A DNA stretch of 64,000 nucleotides from Eledone cirrhosa (lineage: Eukaryota), in contig OZ024743.1 of the NCBI GenBank assembly GCA_964016885.1, positions 363,382,001 to 363,446,000 of the forward strand, given 5' to 3'. A model generated the notes under the pieces. It saw only the letters and a program-made list of their open reading frames with translations. It did not search any database and had not been told where the DNA came from. Position numbers and translations under genes: made by a program. Positions 42,209 through 53,279 of the stretch are shown in pieces; the first letter of the stretch is position 1, and each line of letters opens with the position of its first letter.

Positions 42209-43719
42209 TATATTAAATTTCATACACTTAACATGTATGCGTGACCTTAGGTTTTGGAGTCCAGTTATGGCCACCACTGTATAATTTAAAGAAAACAATT
42301 ACTTTATGATAAATGCTCATAGTTTGTGAAATGTTCTACTCAAGAACAAACTGGGGTAATTAATAAAACCCTAGACCATAATAATACAACATTTCATGTA
42401 CATAGGGGTGCATGCAATTTTCTTTGAATCGATGTGTATGTATAATATGTGCGTGACTTAAGTTGTAAGTTTGTATATCATAAATTGTTTGTCTTTACAT
42501 AACCAAGGGAAATAATTGTCTTTGAGAAATTTTGGTGGAATGCACAAATTCTTTTTTTTTTCATATCCATATTTGAATAGAAATGTATGTGTTACCTAGT
42601 GTGTAATGTAATTTTGTAAATCTTAAACCTCTTTCTTAAAAAAACATTTTCTAAATACCACGTTCTGTGGCTCTTTCCAGCTCTAGCATTATATTCCACA
42701 AGTATGAGAATGTTATAAATGCCCTGATACACCTGCCAAGACAGACACTTTTACTTCTTGTTCCAGAGCCCTTATTACCATTGACATCACTTTTTGAGTT
42801 CATCGTTTTTAAGTGTTTTGCTTTTTTCAGATATAGCTAGCCAAGCCATGCACATGCAACACACTTGAAAGATGAGCTTGAATTTTTTTAAGTGAAAAAA
42901 GGACTTGCACTGGACCAATCCCACTCTCAGAACAATGGCGACAGTTCTGTAAACAAGAATAGGTCAGCGTCATTGGTTGCATCAAGTTGCTGGTTTTACA
43001 TCGGAGCTATCCTAGCAACAGAGCATAACATTGGCACTCTAAGGGTGAAGGAAGTTCTCTGGATAAATCAATTAGAGCCTCCTATAAACAGCAGATCCGA
43101 GAGAGGCAGACTATAGTTGGTGTGATATTGGCTAGGACATGCACACACATACAAACACAGAGTTACAGCAGCAATATCTAGAATGACCTTTCGTTTACCC
43201 CATGCATGTGCAAGTGCAATGAATAACCGTTAAAAATTTTTTTTTAATTTAAAAATAAAATTTGTTAGAAATTTTAAACATAACGCACAGCCACACATGC
43301 AATTTTAAACAGAATCATACAACCAGCAACGTTCAACAACGTTTTTATTTTCCCTTCAGAAAACCACCCCCGTTGATGGATGTGAATCTGAAAGATAGGG
43401 ACTAATAAATCTTTTAAAGTACACAAACTCTGACATTCTTCCTCTTCTTTTTCCTCTTTTCTCCTTATATCTTTTACGTTTATTTACTTTTGTTTTCCTT
43501 TTCCTTCTCCTTCTTCTATTGCCACTGGATTTCGTTGCCAAAAAATTTACCCATCTGCATTGTAGAGGCTTTCAAACTAACTATTTTTCATATTCTACAA
43601 TGCTTCAAGCAAACCTGAACATTCTCTTATAAATAAATATATATATAATTGTGTATATATATATCCGCTAAGGTGAAACAATTGTTCTCGGTATGGTGAA
43701 CTAACTGGTCTGTTACCAC

Positions 43720-43802
<83 letters not shown>

Positions 43803-46800
43803 AGCTTATCCCGGGTTAAATCGGGAATAACCACAGTAAGTAAGGTACTCTATACATAGCAGAATATAAAAATTTAATATAGAAAGGACTACAGGACTAG
43901 AACTGTTTCATTCGGGAGAAATCATCAGGAAGTCCATCAGAGCTATATTAAATATATATATATATATATATTTGGATGACCAACATAATTCCGTCTGCCA
44001 CACCCCTCCCTGCGCCTCCAACCCAACAAAATCCAAAACTTCAGAGTTGGTAACATGAACGTGGGCACATTGAAAGGTCGCTCAAATGAGGTTGTAGAGA
44101 TGCTTGAACATAAGGAAGTTGATGTTTGTTGTGTTCAAGAGACTAGGTGGACAGGTGGGTCTGCTAGATTCATTGTGGGTAAAAAAACGATGCTATAAAC
44201 TTTTCTGGGTGGGAAATGACAACAGACTGTGTGGAGTAGGAATTTTGTTAGCTGAAAAATGGGTAGATAAGGTAATTGCCGTAAATAGAGTGAATGACAG
44301 AATAATTAAAATAAGACTAGTTCTAAATAGAACTACCGTGACAATAATATCCGCTTATACACCCCAATCTGGCCTACGTGACGTTATAAAAACAGGTTCT
44401 ATGAGTCGCTAATGCACACTACCTCCCAAATAACCTACAGTGACTACCTAATTATTGCTGGCGACCTTAATGGTCACATTGGACAACATAGTGATGGCTA
44501 TGATGGAATCCATGGAGGCTATGGGTTTGGTACTAGAAATGAGGAAGGCTTCAGAATCCTCGGTAGGACATTCAGCCCGGGACCTATGGACAACTTCCAG
44601 AAGTCCCTGGCCTGGCAGTGCTACCGAGGGGCTTTACCCGTTCGAAAAAGGCTCTACAGACACGGGCGCCCGGGTAGGGACCCCGCCAAAAAGATCTGTC
44701 CCAGATGCGTGTGCGACGAGGAAACCGTTGCACACGCATTGGTACACTGCTCGGGCGTAGCCGATCTGTGGGGCTATGTCGAACAACTGCTGTCAAGGGT
44801 GGGACCGATCCGGTTGACCACCGAGTCTATTGTAATGATCAAGCCGCCTCCCCCCTTCAAAGATGAAGCAGAGGCGGTGTTTCTGTGCGTAATAGCCATG
44901 GCGAAAGAGGTTGTATGGTGGACGCGTCTGAAAGGACTGAGGTCAGGCACCTTTCTCTCTGGCCAACAACTGGTCCGTTTCTTCCGTTATCATTTCGGAA
45001 GAAGGATCAGGATGGAGAGAGAGGTGCTGCACCCCAGCCGTTTCTATGAAAGATGGGTGAAAGTGGCGAGAATGGCCCGTGTGAATGGGCCTTCACTCTA
45101 CATCAGACTATAGGTGAGGAAGATGAAAGATCAAGGGAGCACCCCTTCTCTGTGCTCCTGAGGAGAAGGGTTGCACACTTTTTTCGGGGGTGTGTGTGAC
45201 CCCCCAAGGCGCCTCCTCTCTATTGAGGATTTTGTTAAAAATTTTATTTTTTGTTATATCTTATTTTATTTTTATATTTTGTTATTGCCTCCTCCTTATT
45301 GAGGACGCCTTTTTGTGTAAACTCCCCCCTTTGTACTTGTCCCACTTTTGATGCCCTAGTGGCAAATAAAAGAAACCTATCTGTAACACAAACTTAAAAA
45401 AACGAGAATACCACTTGATCAACTATAGATCAGGGGAACACACCAACCAGATAGATTATATCCTTACTAGAAGACGTGACAGAGTGTCTGTTGTAAACAC
45501 TAAGTCCCTCCCCCATGAAGAATTTACCACCCAACATAGCCTAGTAGTTATTGACTCATAGTCAGGACTAGACATACTCGACGACAGAGAAGGACTAGCT
45601 TGAGAAGAAGAATATGGAAGTTGAAGGTCCCCACAGCCAGTGACAAATTCAAAAGCTTATTACTTGATGCTTTTGACAGTAAGGAAAAGCAATTAGAGAC
45701 ATACAATATAGAGGAACATTGGGAATTCCTGAAAGTTAACCTGCTGAAGGCAACAGATGAAATCTATGGCTGGAGCAGACATATAGGCAGGAAGAGAATA
45801 ACATGGTGGTGGAACAGTAAGGTGGAGTAAACAATCAAGGCAAAATAGCAGGCTTGGAAAGTATGGTGGGATGGAGGAAGTAGAGAATATTATCAAGCAG
45901 CCAGGAGAGAAGCTAGGAGACAAGTGTACCTTCCAAGAAGGGAAGCAGAGGATAGAAAATTCAAACATGTTCTAAAATGCGAGGACCAAAAACGTGAGAT
46001 GTTCAGGATTGCAAGACAATGTGTCAAGGAAAACTGTGATATTGTCGGGCAGAAGTGTGTCCATAATGATGATGGTGTACTTGCCCTCACTGATACTGAT
46101 AAGAAGGTAGCTTGGAAGTGTCACTACGAGAGGCTACTAAATGAGGAGAAGAAATGGGAAAAAGATAGTCTGCTCCAAATCGATCCAATCTATCTATTGG
46201 AACATAGTATGGTCTCCCAGATAGCAAACCAAGTAATACAGAGTCGGGTCATACCAAAGGACTGGTGAAGCAGCAGCATTGTTAACTGCAATAAGGGTAA
46301 AGGAGATGCTCTAGATAGGGGAAACTATAGAGGCATTAAGTTAGTTGACCAGGTCATGAAGGTCACAGAAAGAATTAAAGCACAACTGGTCCCCAGCGGT
46401 GCAAGTTAGTAGTTGTATAATAAGTAAGGCAATCAAAGATATGAAGACAGGCAAGGCGGCTGGGCCTTCGGAGATAGTTGCTGAGATGTTGAAAGCATCT
46501 GGAATGAAGGGACATAGTATGGTCTCCCGGATAGTAAACCAAGTAATACAGAGTCGGGTCATACCAAAGGACTGGTGTAGCAGCAGCATTGTTAACTGCT
46601 ATAAGGGTAAAGGAGATGCTCTAGATAGGGGAAACTATAGAGGCATTAAGTTAGTTGACCAGGTCATGAAGGTCACAGAAAGAATTAAAGCACAACTGGT
46701 CCCCAGCGGTGCAAGTTAGTAGTTGTATAATAAGTAAGGCAATCAAAGATATGAAGACAGGCAAGGCGGCTGGGCCTTCGGAGATAGTTGCTGAGATGTT

Positions 46801-49732
46801 GAAAGCATCTGGAATGAAGGGACATAGTATGGTCTCCCGGATAGTAAACCAAGTAATACAGAGTCGGGTCATACCAAAGGACTGGTGTAGCAGCAGCATT
46901 GTTAACTGCTATAAGGGTAAAGGAGATGCTCTAGATAGGGGAAACTATAGAGGCATCAAGTTAGTTGACCAGGTCATGAAGGTCACAGAAAGAATTATAG
47001 CACAACTAATCAGAGATCGAATTGATCTAGATGAAATGCAGTTTGGCTTTGTATTAGGTAAAAGTACCACAGATGCTCTTTTCCTTGTACGACAACTACA
47101 GGAGAAGTACCTAGCTAAAAGTAAACCCCTCTACTTACCTTTTGTTGACTTGGAGAAGGCCTTTGACAAAGTCCCACACACCTTAATCTGGTGGGCCCTT
47201 AGAAAGCTAGGAGTAGATGAATGGCTTGTGAGAGCTATACAAGCCATGTATAAAGATGCAGTCAGCAAGGTTAGAATTAACAATGAATATAGTGAAGAAT
47301 TTAACGTAAAAGTCAGTGTTCATCAAGGCTGTGTTCTTAGCTCCCTCCTGTTTATTATTGCCCTTCAGGCTATAACAGAGGAGTTTAAGACCGGCTGCCC
47401 ATGGGAACTTCTATATGCAGATGATCTAACCCTCATAGCCGAATCTATGGCTGAACTAGAGAAGAAATTCCAAACATGGAAGCATGGCCTAGATTCAAAA
47501 GGCCTTAACGTTTACTTGTCTAAGACTAAAGTTCTAGTATGTAGAAAGGAAAATAGGGCACAGGTTCCTTTTGGGAAATGGCCATGCTCAGTGGGTAGGA
47601 AAGGAGTAGGTAGAAATTCCATTCTATGTCCCAAATGCAAACTATGGGTACATAAAAAATGTAGTGGGATCACCGGTAAGCTATCTAAGAACGTAGATTT
47701 TATATGTGGCCGATGTTCAGGTCCAATAAGTAGCAAGTGCCCACAGGACACTACCTCCTTCTATTGCCCAGATGGTTCTATAGAAATAGTGGACACTTTC
47801 CATTACCAGGGTGACAAAATCAGCAGTGGTGGAGGGTGCTCTGAAAGTACAGTAGCCAGAGTTAGAACGGGATGGAAAAAGTTCAGAGAGTTTATACCGC
47901 TGTTGGCCACAAAAGGTTTCTCTCTGAAAATGAAAGGCAGATTGTATGATGCTTGTATACAAACAGCAATATTACATGGTAGTGAGACATGGGCATTGTG
48001 TGCAGAGGAGCTGCGCAGACTGGAAAGGAACGGAGTATGCATGCTCCGTTGGATGTGTAATAGTAATATACACAAACAGCAAAACATAAATGAACTAAGC
48101 GAGGAATTAGAAATAAGAGGGATCAGATGCTGTTTACTTGAGAGAAGATTACATTGGTATGGTTACGTGATGCGCATGAAAGACAACAGCTGTATAAAAA
48201 AGTGCAGGGCGATCAAAATTGATGGAAGTTACGGAGTAGGTAGACCCAGAAAAACCTGGGACGACATGATAAATTCCGACCTTGTACACCTGCACCTCTC
48301 TTAGACAATGTCACTGGATCGAGATCTTTGGCGCTACGCAGTAATACAGAAGACCCGCCTTCCCTATCTGCAAAGTTAACCTACAGTCAGTAGGCCCCTC
48401 CTAAGCAAATATACACCCCAACCCACTACCCCTACTCCATCCTCCCACTCTCACCAACACCACCCTTTCTCTATAAAGTTATGTTGGTACCACAACATTC
48501 AGTCCAAACTAATGAGGTCGTGTAGGTGTCACAACAAAAAAGCACACAGTCCACGTTGTAATGTGGTCGTGTAGGTAACATGTAAAAAGCTCCCAGTCCA
48601 CACTGTAAATGTGGTTGGTGTTAGGAAGGGCATCCAGCCGTAGAAAACCTGCCAGATATTCCTATACGAGCGAGACACGGTCACCCAACCAATCCTGCCT
48701 CATGCTAGCATCTAACCCCATGCTAGCGTGGAAGATAGACATTAAACAATTAGGATGATGATGATAATTATATATATAATTGTATATATACATATATATA
48801 TAGAGGTAGTTCCACAACAGTTAGGTCACCATTTCCAAGAACAATTGTTTCACCTTATTCAAATCAGCTCAGTTTATATGTGTGTGTGTGTTTGTTGTCC
48901 TGTGATTCCACATTAATACCATTTGGGCAGTAAGTGGTGTTTATTTATGTCCTGCATAAACAATACATCTTGAATCCCAGCTGTTTAATGTGTGATGTTG
49001 AGTGGATTGAAAATGAAGAAGTATCAACCCCAGCGCTGGATTAGTAATACATTTATTGACCCCACCAAAGATGAAAAGTTGACCTCCAAAGAACTGGAAC
49101 AAATACCACTAGGCATTTTTTCCAACAATTTAACATCCCTGCCAATTCACTGCCATAACCCTTTTGTTAACACATATTTATAGTAAAAGACTACCAATAA
49201 TTTTCACATCATTTGGAAAATAATTAAGAATTTGGAGGAAGTTAGTAATATTTCTAACATTCAACTGGTGTTTATACTGTAACTTCTTGGTTTTTACATA
49301 AAATTATAAGCGAAGGTATTTTTTATATATATAAGTACATTAAAACATAGAATCAGAGGGGTTAAATATAGCAACTAGGAGATGGTGGATAGTAGATTTA
49401 GTTTAGTTGATTATTACATATTGTTTCTTGTTTGTTATTGCAGAAAACACGTATTGGAAAAACCTGGCATTGGTCCATCTCTTGATGTGTTGTGTTTTCT
49501 CTGTCTACCAACTAATAATCCTGCATGAAGTCTACACTGATAAATTTTCCAACCCACTTCGAGTGGAGGAAGGCCGGTGAGTATTTCTAGAACTGTGACC
49601 ACTTTGTTAACTCATGTTGCCTACCAGCCCATCATCTTAAGCATGCTCACACATGCACATGCATTCACACACACACCACACCACATGTGCATGCAAACGC
49701 ACACACACTCACACACATACATACACACACAT

Positions 49733-49765
<33 letters not shown>

Positions 49766-52700
49766 GATGCATGCAATCACACACACACCTAGCCAATACT
49801 ATCTATTTTTAACTTCGTTTATTCATTTTCTTCTTTGGAATCACCATAATTGTTTTTATTTTTTACTGTTTAGTCAGGGAAGGGTTGTTCATGACACTTT
49901 TCAAGTTTGGAAGGGAGAAAGATAAGTATCCTCAATCCAGCTGTATAGTCAAATGCTTACCACAAGGTGGACCCCACTAAAGGTATCCACGGGCCAAGAG
50001 TTAAACCAGGCAACAAATTAAGTTCTCCATCCAAGTAGGCCACAGAGGTATTTGAAGTCAGAACACAAAGAGTTGAAAAATAAATATCACAAAACATCAA
50101 GTTCAGGGCTTCTAACAATTCCACTAATCCACAGCCTTGGTCCAATACTTTATTTTGCTGAAAACTGAAACAAATAACACCAGGAATTTTTTGTATGCTT
50201 TACTGATTTTCAGTTACACACATAAATAAACATATGTGGTGATATTCCCACCAATTTATACTCCATACCTTTCAACTGATTCTGATACAAACATTCAAAT
50301 ATTATATCCTCAGCTCTATGTGACAAACCCCTTCACTTGTCAAACTTTTCAGAGCTTCAACCCCAATGAGAAAATAAACTAAATGCAATCTAAACCCTGA
50401 AGAGCTTTTAACCCTTTTAATACTAAACTACCTGAGACCATTCATGGTTCTATGATACAAAGCTCTTTGTTTTAAAGTGTTTATATTTATCTAAAGAGCC
50501 TACATCATAATTCTATGCCACAATTTTCATTAAGTTATATTACAAACACCAGCTTAATAATGAGAAAGTTAGTTTTTTTTTCTACATCAATCCAAATTCT
50601 TGATTATTTTCAAAATGATTTTAAAGTTAAAGACAGTGAATGCCATTAGATATATTGTGACAAATTGGTTAAAAATGAATGTCTAGCTCTAGTTCTTCAG
50701 TGTTAAATAAATGAGAGATAAATCACCCTTTGGTTAGGCATGGCTGTGGTAAGAAGTTAGAGTTACAATAACATGGTTTTGGGGTTCAATCACACTGTGC
50801 AGTATCTGCTACTTTAGTCTCATGTCTACAAAAAATTTGTGAGTGAAACTGGATTGACAAAAATTGTGTGGACGCCTATTGAAAGAATGGTGATTGGGTG
50901 AAAGACTTAATCTGTCACCTAGTTAAACACCACCACCTGGGGCTTGGATTCTTTTAGTGCATTCTGCTCTGTTGAAAACATTCAAACTATATTTCTATTT
51001 CTTTCTCTCTTTCCCACAGTAACTTCACCCTAATAAGTTTCTTCACCATCTTACTAAATTATCTTGTTCACCTCTCTCTCTCTCTCTCTCTCTCTCAACT
51101 ATGTTTATCTATTATATTTACAGGGAATTTGTTGGCCTTGCTATAATAGTGTTCTGGTTGTCTGTATGTCGTTTCATGTCCCTGCCAAGGTAATATACTA
51201 TACAGTACGTACTCTCTCTCATTCTCATTGCTCACTTCACACTTGCACATAGGCTACATGTCAGTGGAATATCACCTACATGTGGGCAAAAAAGTGACTA
51301 CATGTTGGTAGAATATTTATTCTGGCAGCAGCCTATCACATATATATAAGCACAAGTTGATACATGTGGACACAGCAGAGGTTTCATGTTGAGAAAATAT
51401 TTTTTACATGTGGACACAGCAGGGGGTATATATTTAGAGAGTATCACATACATGTGGACACAGTAGAGGCTATATGTTGGTGGAGTATCACATACATGTG
51501 GACACAGTAGAGGCTATATGTTGGTGGAGTATCACATACATGTGGACACAGTAGAGGCTATATGTTGGTGGAGTATCACATACATGTGGACACAGTAGAG
51601 GCTATATGTTGGTGGAGTATCACATACATGTGGACACAGTAGAGGCTATATGTTGGTGGAGTATCACATACATGTGGACACAGTAGAGGCTATATGTTGG
51701 TGGAGTATCACATACATGTGGACACAGTAGAGGCTATATGTTGGTGGAGTATCACATACATGTGGACACAGTAGAGGCTATATGTTGGTGGAGTATCACA
51801 TACATGTGGACACAGTAGAGGCTATATGTTGGTGGAGTATCACATACATGTGGACACAGTAGAGGCTATATGTTGGTGGAGTATCACATACATGTGGACA
51901 CAGTAGAGGCTATATGTTGGTGGAGTATCACATACATGTGGACACAGTAGAGGCTACATGTCAGTGGAATATCACCTACATGTGGGCAAAAAAGTGACTA
52001 CATGTTGGTAGAATATTTATTCTGGCAGCAGCGTATCACATATATATATAAGCACAAGTTGATACATGTGGACACAGCAGAGGTTTCATGTTGAGAAAAT
52101 ATTTTTTACATGTGGACACAGCAGGGGGTATATATTTGGAGAGTATCACATACATGTGGACACAGTAGTGGCTATATGTTGGTGGAGTATCACATACATG
52201 TGGACACAGTAGAGGCTATATGTTGGTGGAGTATCACATATATGTGGACGCAGTAGAGGCTATATGTTGGTGGAGTATCACATACATGTGGACACAGTAG
52301 AGGCTATATGTTGGTGGAGTATCACATATATGTGGACGCAGTAGAGGCTATATGTTGGTGGAGTATCACATACATGTGGACACAGCAGAGATTACATGTT
52401 GGTGGAGTATTATCTACATGCGGACACAACAGAAACTACATGTCAATGAAGTATCACCTACATGTGGACACAACAGATGCTACATGTTGGATTATTTCTT
52501 ACATGTGGGTACAGCAAAGGCTACATGTTGGTGAAGTATCACCTACATGTGAACACAGTAAAAGCTGCATGATGGTGGTCATCTACTTGTGGGCAGTGCA
52601 GTGTCTACATGTTTTGGAGTATTTTCTACATATGGACACAACTAAGGCTGCATGTTGGTGGAGTTTTACATTCATGTAGGCAGTGTAGAACCTACATGTT

Positions 52701-53279
52701 GGTAGAATATTATCTAGGCATGAGCCTAGCAGAAGCTACATGTCAGTGGAGTATCATCTACATGTTGACACTGCAGTAACCACACAATACATCTGTCTAT
52801 TTCTCTAGTCAATATCTACAAACTTTCTGTGCTAAAATATGGAACATATAGGCAAAATGTGGTTATCTAATCATATCAGGCCTCAGACTTTGATGACCTA
52901 TCCAACCCATGCCAGCATGGAAAACACACTAAAATGCTGCTGATAATGATGATGGTCTCTATTTAACCAGTCAACATCTACATATTGTCTGTCTAATGGG
53001 TCAATATATACATGTCTCTTTATCTTTCTAACAAATCCACACCTCTCTACTGATTCTAATCCATCATTATGTTGTTATGAAACTAAAGCTATTTATCTAT
53101 ACAATTGTTAATGTAACAATTCTATTGTACTTTTCAGCCTCAGCAAACAAAGAGCTGTGAAGATATTGTTTCTTTTATCTATTGGTGTATCCTTGGTACC
53201 TCTCTTTTCCTGGTCACTCTGCTATGTTGGTAACTGGCACCAAATCTTAGGTCATTGCAAAGGAATGTTTCCGTCTTGA
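33242..53279 (+). CDS. TMEM220: TMEM220-like transmembrane protein; spliced CDS join(33242..33376,35240..35269,38442..38502,49444..49576,51124..51189,53138..53279), 567 nt / 188 aa
   Basis: Manual splicing gives one open frame: MVNEEMLYEGSCSKISVKLPDRWEIVWKVTNLVMAVFFFLAAFVN|HNDSDWYIWI|PVYLLPAILTVLIAVDTNIT|ENTYWKNLALVHLLMCCVFSVYQLIILHEVYTDKFSNPLRVEEGR|EFVGLAIIVFWLSVCRFMSLP|SLSKQRAVKILFLLSIGVSLVPLFSWSLCYVGNWHQILGHCKGMFPS*. All introns are GT-AG and phases 0,0,1,2,2 are consistent. Motifs 'N.LMA.FF.LAA.VN.ND.D...W...Y..PA', 'EEGREF.GL' and C-terminal 'HCK' match TMEM220 as I recall it (no database search run). Confidence 0.9.
34380..35220. repeat. Degenerate ~20-bp pyrimidine-rich minisatellite
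   Basis: (tcttaatctagtcttatctc)n running up to the exon 2 acceptor. Confidence 0.85.
35240..35269 (+). CDS. TMEM220: TMEM220 30-nt micro-exon (HNDSDWYIWI)
   Basis: tctctatcctttcttacag|CAC...ATT|gtaagt; phase 0/0; supplies the conserved ND.D...W motif. Confidence 0.88.
35646..36043 (-). mobile_element. SINE family A tandem pair
   Basis: Two full copies bounded three times by TAAATAAACTATAAT. Confidence 0.9.
36258..36958 (-). mobile_element. 3' fragment of the second RTE family (further + strand fragment 9845-10060)
   Basis: Colinear with 11575-12255 (gagtcctcaaacactccttccagc, actgattttcattc). Confidence 0.8.
37150..38260 (+). mobile_element. CRE-like non-LTR retrotransposon 3' part (RT thumb, Cys/His knuckle, restriction-like endonuclease)
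   Basis: LPVRYGGLGL, SGAWLHALP, CRCG...HPLSC..GRI.RH; after a frameshift RPDG...PLVWDAT and VPLAVETSGVLGP. Confidence 0.8.
38442..38502 (+). CDS. TMEM220: TMEM220 coding exon 3 (61 nt)
   Basis: tctctgtctacag|CCT...ACAG|gtatgt; PVYLLPAILTVLIAVDTNIT. Confidence 0.88.
40043..40119. mobile_element. Tiny Tc1/mariner-type MITE
   Basis: Imperfect ~30-bp TIRs CAGAGTGTCCCAAAAATATGTA..CACT / AGTG.ATACATATTTTTAGGACACCTCG, followed by TA. Confidence 0.6.
40510..40543 (-). ncRNA. Minimal PLE-type hammerhead motif
   Basis: Minus strand tac-CTGAAGA-A-GGGC(TTAT)GCCC-GAAAC-GTC^-GTC; intact core with palindromic GAAACGTC; stem I weakened. Confidence 0.6.
41105..41643. mobile_element. Head-to-head pair of a ~240-bp hammerhead-bearing element (other copies 22790-23015 minus, partial 16315-16380)
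   Basis: 41105-41340 is a diverged reverse complement of 41416-41643; the copies reconstruct a consensus tcct-CTGAYGA-A-GGAC(TAGC)GTCC-GAAACGT..AGGA. Confidence 0.6.
41645..41995 (-). mobile_element. RTE LINE 3' fragment
   Basis: ERRLRWYGHVM...RGRP; (GAT)n tail. Confidence 0.8.
42890..43116 (+). mobile_element. Degenerate GIY-YIG C-terminal fragment (PLE)
   Basis: ILATE.N...LRVKEVLWINQLEPPINSR resembles the PLE C-terminal 'E...I....P.IN' motif. Confidence 0.45.
43975..48765 (+). mobile_element. Near full-length, inactivated RTE-clade LINE (APE + RT with PHD insertion + 3' UTR + (GAT)n tail) in TMEM220 intron 3
   Basis: RVGNMNVGTL, CVQETRW, ISAYTPQ, IAGDLNGHIG, QIDYIL; NYRGIKL, FVDLEKAFD, VHQG, LLYADDL, GRPRKTW; tail ..CATGCTAGCGTGGAAG..GATGATGAT; stops and frameshifts present. 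Confidence 0.92.
44560..45375 (+). mobile_element. L1/Tx1-type LINE 3' fragment nested in the RTE endonuclease region
   Basis: Abrupt GC-rich switch; zf-RVT-like LAWQCYRGALPV...CPRC..DEETVAHALVHC....LW; 3' UTR ends AATAAAAGAAA; RTE sequence resumes (ICNTN). Confidence 0.85.
49444..49576 (+). CDS. TMEM220: TMEM220 coding exon 4 (133 nt)
   Basis: tttgttattgcag|AA...GGCCG|gtgagt; ends with VEEGR. Confidence 0.88.
51124..51189 (+). CDS. TMEM220: TMEM220 coding exon 5 (66 nt)
   Basis: atatttacag|GGAA...CCAAG|gtaata; EFVGLAIIVFWL. Confidence 0.85.
51252..52775. repeat. 44-bp minisatellite with higher-order duplication, in TMEM220 intron 5
   Basis: Unit catgtggacacagtagaggctatatgttggtggagtatcacata; homogeneous core 51450-51955; leader 51252-51450 repeated at ~51950-52150; degenerate 3' tail. 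Confidence 0.92.
53138..53279 (+). CDS. TMEM220: TMEM220 last coding exon (stop TGA 53277-53279)
   Basis: gtacttttcag|CCTC; hydrophobic helix then GHCKGMFPS*. Confidence 0.85.

Noticed and set aside
51252-52775. 44-bp array as CRISPR, or ORF 52308-52679 as a gene
   Set aside because: Head-to-tail minisatellite inside an intron.
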